Positions 58,702-64,000 of a DNA stretch of 64,000 nt are shown here, in pieces. Location of the stretch: contig CAZBER010000001.1 of the NCBI GenBank assembly GCA_964490985.1, positions 85,354-149,353 of the forward strand, in the 5' to 3' direction. The notes beneath the pieces were generated by a model. The model ran no database searches, was not told the DNA's origin, and saw only the letters and a program-made list of their open reading frames with translations. The number at the start of each line of letters is the position of its first letter. The first letter of the stretch is position 1. This DNA comes from an uncultured Desulfovibrionaceae bacterium (GTDB lineage: Bacteria; Desulfobacterota; Desulfovibrionia; Desulfovibrionales; Desulfovibrionaceae). The translations under genes and the position numbers were made by a program.

Positions 58702-60552
58702 ATGAACCAGGACGCTCCCTCCCCAAGACGACCGGTTTCCTCGTTTTGGCGGCGACCCCAGGTCGTGTGGCGACGCCTGGTCCGGCGCTACAAGCGCATC
58801 GGCCTGGTGCGCTGGCTGGCCCTGGGCGTGGTGGCCGGCCTGTGCTCGGGCGCCCTGGCCGTGCTCTTCTATCTGGGCGTGGAAGGCCTCAAGCACCTGT
58901 GCCAGGTCCATCTGGCCGGGCTGTCCCTGCCCTCCCCGGCCGGCGAAACCCTGCTCCACGGCCAGCCCGGGCCGTACCGCCCCTGGCTCATTCCGGTTTT
59001 CACCACAGCCGTGGGGCTTGTCACCGGGATTTTGGCCAAGCGCTTCATTCCCGAGGCCATGGACGGGGCCACGGACGGCACCGACGCCATGATCAAGGCC
59101 TTTCACCGCCAATCCGGCGTGATCAGGCCCCTGGTGCCCCTGATCAAGGGCGCAACCTCCATCCTGACCATTGCCTCGGGCGGCAGCGCCGGCCGGGAAG
59201 GCCCCATCTCCCAGCTCGGGGCGGGCATGGGCTCGTTTCTGGCCGAAAAATTCCGGCTGACCGCCCGGGAGCGGCGCATCCTGCTTCTGGCCGGCGCGGC
59301 CGGGGGCCTGGGAGCCATTTTCCGGGCGCCCCTGGGCGGGGCCATAACCGCCGTGGAAGTCATCTATTCCGAGGACTTCGAGGCCGAAGCCCTGCTGCCG
59401 GCCGTCATCTCCTCGGTGGTGGCCTATACGCTTTTCACCTTTTTTTTCGGCGTGGACGCCATCATCAAGACGCCCCAGTACCACTTCCAGAGCGTAGCCG
59501 AGGTCCCCTTCTACCTGGCCCTGGCCGTGGTGGTGTCCCTGGCTGCCCGGTTTTTCATCAAGACCTTCTTTTTTTTCAAATTCAAGGTGTTCGCCAAAAT
59601 CCGGGAGCGCGCCGGCCTGACCGCCTCCCTGGTGGTTGGCGGGCTTTCGATGGGCCTGCTCGGCATGTGCTTTCCCCAGCTCTTAAGCGGCGGCTACGGC
59701 TGGATCGAGCTTTCGGTCAACGGCAAGCTGGGCCTGCTCTTCCTGCTGGGGCTTTTTTTCGGCAAGACCCTGGCCACGTCCCTGACCATCGGCTCGGGCT
59801 TAAGCGGCGGCATGTTCGCCCCGGCCCTTTTCGTGGGCGGCGTGGCCGGCGGTATGGTGGGCCAGGCCGGGCACTGGCTGCGGCCGGACGTGGTCAGCCA
59901 GCCCGGCGGCTACACCATGATCGGCATGGCCACGTTTTTCGCCGGCGTGGCCCATGCCCCTATCGGCCCGCTGATCATGGTCTGCGAGATCACCCAGGGC
60001 TACGGCCTGCTGGCGCCGCTCATGCTCTGCTCGGCCATTGCCCTGGTCCTTTGCGACGACATCCACCTCTACGAAAACCAGGTGGACAACAAGTTCGCCT
60101 CCCCGGCCCACGTGGCCGACGCCACCAACAACATCCTCGAAACCGTGCCGGTTTCCCAGGTGTTCACTCCGGGCCGGGCCACGATCCTGGAAGAGGCCGT
60201 GACGCTCAAGGCCCTGGCCCACATCATTGCCGGCACCAATGCCCTGGTCTTTCCGGTCAAAAACGAGGCCGGCAGGCTGACCGGGCTTTTGGCCCTGCAG
60301 GACGTGCGCAACCTGCTTTTCGAGGAGTCGCTGCACGAACTGGTGGTGGTCAAGGAACTCATGCGGCCGGCGGTGACCGTGGCCACGGATGTTTCCATCT
60401 ACGACGCGCTCATGCGGTTCCTGGAATCGGACTTGAGCCAGCTTCCGGTGGTGGAGCGGGACCATCCGGACACCGTGCTCGGCATGCTCGACCGGCAGCA
60501 TGTGTTCGCGGCCTACTCCAGCACCTTGCGGGCCTTGAAGACAGAAGAATGA
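58702..60552 (+). CDS. ClC-family chloride channel/antiporter with C-terminal CBS pair
   Basis: GSAGREGP and GMFAPALFVGG are present. The C-terminal ~140 aa are CBS-like. Confidence 0.85.
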   Translation: MNQDAPSPRRPVSSFWRRPQVVWRRLVRRYKRIGLVRWLALGVVAGLCSGALAVLFYLGVEGLKHLCQVHLAGLSLPSPAGETLLHGQPGPYRPWLIPVFTTAVGLVTGILAKRFIPEAMDGATDGTDAMIKAFHRQSGVIRPLVPLIKGATSILTIASGGSAGREGPISQLGAGMGSFLAEKFRLTARERRILLLAGAAGGLGAIFRAPLGGAITAVEVIYSEDFEAEALLPAVISSVVAYTLFTFFFGVDAIIKTPQYHFQSVAEVPFYLALAVVVSLAARFFIKTFFFFKFKVFAKIRERAGLTASLVVGGLSMGLLGMCFPQLLSGGYGWIELSVNGKLGLLFLLGLFFGKTLATSLTIGSGLSGGMFAPALFVGGVAGGMVGQAGHWLRPDVVSQPGGYTMIGMATFFAGVAHAPIGPLIMVCEITQGYGLLAPLMLCSAIALVLCDDIHLYENQVDNKFASPAHVADATNNILETVPVSQVFTPGRATILEEAVTLKALAHIIAGTNALVFPVKNEAGRLTGLLALQDVRNLLFEESLHELVVVKELMRPAVTVATDVSIYDALMRFLESDLSQLPVVERDHPDTVLGMLDRQHVFAAYSSTLRALKTEE

Positions 60553-60847
60553 AATTCAATTTCACGAAACGCTCTTCATATTGACATCCGCATCACGATA
60601 CTCCACTCTAGGATTGCTTTCACGTTGCTTTTGTTGCAAACAGCCACCCGCGCAATTGCTGCCGCCAGCGGCCGATTGCCGCATGCGGTGTGAAGAAAGT
60701 TTGTTTAACAAATAATACATGCTGTCCATAGACAAGTAAATACCATACTGCTTGGTGTCATGCCTGTCGTTTCCCCGTGACATGCAAGCCGACTCGTGGC
60801 GCAGGCCGGCGTACGTGCATCGGAAACCCAAACGACAGGTGGACGCC

Positions 60848-62947
60848 ATGAAGCTCAAAGCAAAATTCATCCTTCCCGCCTTGGCTCTTATCCTTGCCGG
60901 CATGTCCGTCACGACCTGGGTGACCTACCGGCGCAGCACGGATTCCCTGTCCGCCATGACCGTGGAAAAGGCTCAAACCAGCCTGACGGCGCTTCTTTCC
61001 ATGGTCGAACTCTGGGTGAACGGGGCGCAAAACGAAGTCGTCACCCTGTCCAAGACGGATGCCGTCATCCAGGCCCTGGCCCAGGGACAGGAGGCCCCCA
61101 AGACAGGGGAACGCGCCAAGGCGCTGCTGGACGACGTCAACTCCCGGCAGCCAAACTTCGACAGCCTGCTGCTCCTCTCCCCCCAAGGCGCGGTGATTGG
61201 GGGCACGAACCAGCGTCTTATGGGCACGGATCTCAGCAAACGGGAGTATTTCCAGAAGGCCATGCACGGCCAAAATTACATCTCCAGCCCGGTCTTCGCC
61301 GCGGACACCGGCCAGGCGGTCTTTGTCATCGCCTCCCCGGTGATGCGCGAGGGAAAAACGGTCGGCGTCCTCGCCGCGGGCGTGAAAATCAGCCAGTTTG
61401 CCGATCAATTCGTCAAGCCCCTGGACACGGCCGCCGGATACCCCTTCATGACGGCGTCCGACGGACTCATGCTGGCCCATCCGGACAGCAAGCTGATCGG
61501 AAAATTCAATCTGTTCAAAGAAACCGACTACGGGAAACAGATAGTCGGCCAATCCAGCGGCCACCTCGAAGCCGTGTCCCTGGGCACCGAGAAACTGATC
61601 CTGTTTGAAAAATCCAAACTGACCGGCTGGGTGATCGCCATGGCTGTCGACAAAGCCAAGGCCTTTGCCGATGCCCGCAACCTCGGCCTGTTCATCCTGG
61701 CCCTGTCCGCGGGCCAGGCCGCGGTCCTCGTCTGCGGCATCTGGATCATCCTGTCCGTGAGCGTGCTGCGGCCCGTCGGCGCCCTGGTCGACGCGGCCAC
61801 GGCCATTGCCGACGGCCGCCTGGATACCGCCCTGGATGCCGCGCGCGGCGACGAGATCGGGGTCCTGCAACAGGCCATGGCCAAGATGGTGGCAAACCTC
61901 AAGGCCAAGATCGGCGAGGCCGAGGATAAGGGGAACCTGGCCGAGGATGAGTCGCAAAAGGCCCGCGCCGCCATGGCCGAGGCCGAGCAGGCCCGGGAGC
62001 AGGCCGAGCATGCCCGGCAGGAGGGCATGCTCCAGGCTGCCGGCCGGCTGGAGAGCGTTGTCGAGGCGGTCTCCACGGCCCTGGAGGAAATCTCCGCCCA
62101 GATCGAGCAGTCGAGCCGCGGCTCCGAGGAACAGGCCCGCCACATCGGCGAAACCGCCACGTCCATGGAAGAAATGAACGCCACGGTGCTCGAGGTGGCC
62201 AAAAACGCCTCCCAGGCCGCGGCCACCGCCGACCAGGCCCGGCACAAAGCCAACGAGGGCTCCGAGATCGTGGCCCGGGTCATTCGCAGCGTCAGCGAGC
62301 TTGAGGCCAGCGCCCTGGGACTCAAGGACGACATGACGCGCCTGGGGCAGCAGGCCGAAGGCATTGGCCGGATCATGAACGTGATCTCCGACATCGCGGA
62401 TCAGACCAACCTGTTGGCGCTCAATGCCGCCATCGAGGCGGCTCGGGCCGGCGAGGCCGGCCGGGGGTTCGCCGTGGTGGCCGACGAGGTGCGCAAGCTG
62501 GCCGAAAAGACCATGAGCGCCACCAAGGAAGTGGGCGACGCCATCCAGGGCATCCAGCAGGGCACGCGCAAAAACATCGGCAATGTCGAGGGCGCGGTCC
62601 ATCGCATCAACGAGTCCGCGGTTCTGGCCGGACAGTCCGGCGAGACCCTGACCGCCATCGTCGGCCTGGTGGATCAGACCACGGACCAGGTGCGTTCCAT
62701 TGCCACGGCTTCCGAACAGCAATCCTCGGCCAGCGAGGAGATCAACCGGAGCATCGAGGACGTCAACCGCATATCCCTGGAATCCGCCGACGCCATGCGC
62801 CAGTCGGCCCAGGCCGTGGCCGAACTGGCCAACCAGAGCCACGTGCTGGCGGCCCTGATCGAGGAGATGCAGGCCGAAGGCAGCGGCACACCGTACCTGG
62901 CGGCCTCGGACAAGCGCCTGTCCCTGGTCGGCGGGCGCAAGGCCTGA
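60848..62947 (+). CDS. Methyl-accepting chemotaxis protein with Cache-type periplasmic domain and HAMP
   Basis: ATG at 60848. It contains the conserved MCP signalling-domain hairpin [35 protein letters not shown]. Confidence 0.9.
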   Translation: MKLKAKFILPALALILAGMSVTTWVTYRRSTDSLSAMTVEKAQTSLTALLSMVELWVNGAQNEVVTLSKTDAVIQALAQGQEAPKTGERAKALLDDVNSRQPNFDSLLLLSPQGAVIGGTNQRLMGTDLSKREYFQKAMHGQNYISSPVFAADTGQAVFVIASPVMREGKTVGVLAAGVKISQFADQFVKPLDTAAGYPFMTASDGLMLAHPDSKLIGKFNLFKETDYGKQIVGQSSGHLEAVSLGTEKLILFEKSKLTGWVIAMAVDKAKAFADARNLGLFILALSAGQAAVLVCGIWIILSVSVLRPVGALVDAATAIADGRLDTALDAARGDEIGVLQQAMAKMVANLKAKIGEAEDKGNLAEDESQKARAAMAEAEQAREQAEHARQEGMLQAAGRLESVVEAVSTALEEISAQIEQSSRGSEEQARHIGETATSMEEMNATVLEVAKNASQAAATADQARHKANEGSEIVARVIRSVSELEASALGLKDDMTRLGQQAEGIGRIMNVISDIADQTNLLALNAAIEAARAGEAGRGFAVVADEVRKLAEKTMSATKEVGDAIQGIQQGTRKNIGNVEGAVHRINESAVLAGQSGETLTAIVGLVDQTTDQVRSIATASEQQSSASEEINRSIEDVNRISLESADAMRQSAQAVAELANQSHVLAALIEEMQAEGSGTPYLAASDKRLSLVGGRKA

Positions 62948-62950
62948 CAA

Positions 62951-62999
62951 AAAGCGCCCGCCCCGCGTCCTGTTTTCCCAGGCGCGGGGCGGGCGCTTT
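62951..62999. terminator. Bidirectional terminator between convergent genes
   Basis: Perfect 17-bp arms aaagcgcccgccccgcg / cgcggggcgggcgcttt with A/T runs on both sides. Confidence 0.8.
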
Positions 63000-63022
63000 C
63001 CAGCCCCAGGCGGCCGTTATCG

Positions 63023-63799
63023 TCAGGATTCTTCGGCTTCGGCCTCGCCGTGCACGATCTCCACAATGCGCCGCAGGGCCTCCTTGGGGTTGGGGTGCTG
63101 GAAGACGTTTCGCCCCACGCAGGCCCCGGCCGCGCCGGCTTCCATGGCCGACTCCACCATGGCGGCGAAACTCTTGAAATCCGGCCGCGACGGCCCGCCC
63201 GTGACCAGGACCGGCGCGGTAGAGGCGGCCACGGCCCGGGAAAAACTGCGGCCATCCCCGGAATAGGGCACCCCGGTCACGTCCGCCCCCAGCTCGGCCC
63301 CCAGCCGGATGCAGTGGTTGATCAGGCTCGGGTCGGTCTCGTTGACCACCCGTTCGCCCTTGGGGGCAATGAGCGCCAGCACGGGCGTGCCCAGGCCATG
63401 GGCCTCGTCCACTATCGCCCCCAGGTCGGCCAGCATCCGGTCTTCCAGCTCGTTGGCGATGTTGACCTGCACCGCCACCATGTCCGCGCCCAGGCGCAGG
63501 GCCTCGGCCACGGAACACATGAGGCTTCGGGCATAGGGCGGCAGGCAGTGGCGCGTGCCCCCGGACAGCTGGGCCACGGTCAGCATGGGCAGGGGAATGT
63601 CCGCCAGGTAGGCGCGAAGCGCCCCCTTGTTGAGCATGACCCCCTGGACCGAAAAGGCGGCCGCCATCTCCAAAAGGCGCGGCAACTCCTCCAGCCCGTG
63701 CAGCATGCCCTCCATGACGCCGTGGTCCAGGGGGGCGATGACCGCCTTGCCTGTTTCCGGATGAAAAAGCCGCGCCAGCTTCCGATCGCTTCCGTGCAT
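63023..63799 (-). CDS. DhnA-type class I aldolase family protein (ADH-synthase/LsrF-like) with atypical active-site region
   Basis: ATG at 63799 after GGAGG. KAVIAPLDHGV, MVAVQVNI, LIAPKGE and GACVGRNVFQH are present. LGADVTGVPYSGD sits where the family motif is GAD-x-(V/I)-K-x-x-Y-x-G. Confidence 0.7.
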   Translation of the reverse strand: MHGSDRKLARLFHPETGKAVIAPLDHGVMEGMLHGLEELPRLLEMAAAFSVQGVMLNKGALRAYLADIPLPMLTVAQLSGGTRHCLPPYARSLMCSVAEALRLGADMVAVQVNIANELEDRMLADLGAIVDEAHGLGTPVLALIAPKGERVVNETDPSLINHCIRLGAELGADVTGVPYSGDGRSFSRAVAASTAPVLVTGGPSRPDFKSFAAMVESAMEAGAAGACVGRNVFQHPNPKEALRRIVEIVHGEAEAEES

Positions 63800-63822
63800 G
63801 CGTCCTCCGAGATATCCGTGGC

Positions 63823-64000
63823 TTACCGATCCGACCACAACAGGCGCGCCCCCTTGCGGGTCAAAAAGCCCAGGGGCAATCCTTTATAGTACAAGCCGGG
63901 ACGGGATGGCAGGCCTTGGGCCGGCAGGCTCTGGCCGGCCAAGAGCGCCTCGATACGGGAAAGCGCTGTCTCGTTCAAGCCCGCCCCGGGCAAAGGCGGC
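63823..64000 (-). CDS. 3' end of an unidentified gene (5' part outside the window)
   Basis: My translation is ...LNETALSRIEALLAGQSLPAQGLPSRPGLYYKGLPLGFLTRKGARLLWSDR*, with the TAA at 63823-63825. Confidence 0.4.
   Translation of the reverse strand, partial: PPLPGAGLNETALSRIEALLAGQSLPAQGLPSRPGLYYKGLPLGFLTRKGARLLWSDR

Noticed and set aside
60758-62950. 730-aa minus-strand ORF
   Set aside because: It is antisense to the MCP gene, which carries the unmistakable conserved signalling hairpin. This ORF is a shadow ORF.
1-64000. CRISPR arrays, IS elements/transposases, rRNA genes, prophage blocks
   Set aside because: I scanned for regularly spaced direct repeats, transposase-like ORFs and rRNA signatures and found none. 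The only dispersed repeat is the ~65-nt family reported above.

Overview
All calls come from reading the sequence and the ORF track. No database searches were run, so family names rest on motif recognition. The window is a high-GC chromosomal segment. Hand counts on sampled 60-nt lines gave 43-45/60 G+C in typical genes. The gene content looks deltaproteobacterial or Desulfovibrionaceae-like (nrfHA, a Desulfovibrio-type porin, a TunR-like regulator, heavy sigma54 use), but that taxonomy is inference.

The dominant feature is an MSHA-like type IV pilus / T2SS-like locus on the minus strand, from 20082 down to 2318. In order it encodes:
- an excisionase-type HTH protein
- a PilM-PilN fusion
- PilO-like and PilP-like proteins
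- a lipoprotein secretin
- an ExeA/MshM-like ATPase
- an MshE-type ATPase with tandem c-di-GMP-binding MshEN motifs
- a GspF/PilC platform protein
- a membrane-anchored, receiver-less sigma54 activator
- two paralogous major pilins
- three pseudopilins
- two large PilX_N-anchored proteins, one carrying a beta-helix repeat module and one an L-type-lectin-like module
- a lytic transglycosylase downstream

The pilin cassette (about 3.8-8.25 kb) is markedly lower in G+C. Divergent from the locus are pilT, a second PilT-like ATPase, a zinc-ribbon protein and an atypical LytTR regulator.

The rest of the window is metabolism and housekeeping: acs, prs, a TPP enzyme, a dehydratase plus activase, a porin, RidA, USP, nrfHA, htpX, ribF, a ClC channel and an MCP.

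Interspersed items worth a second look:
- a second membrane-bound sigma54 activator, divergent from a sigma54-promoted five-gene membrane operon of unknown function
- a ~65-nt intergenic repeat family with four copies
- an orphan Flp pilin gene absent from the ORF track
- a TunR-like integrase-fold/TOBE regulator
- a frameshifted DUF4160 / DUF2442-HTH pair next to tRNA-Leu(CAG)
- a DhnA-family aldolase homolog that appears to lack the Schiff-base lysine
- a 570-bp structured spacer

I saw no CRISPR array, transposase or rRNA.
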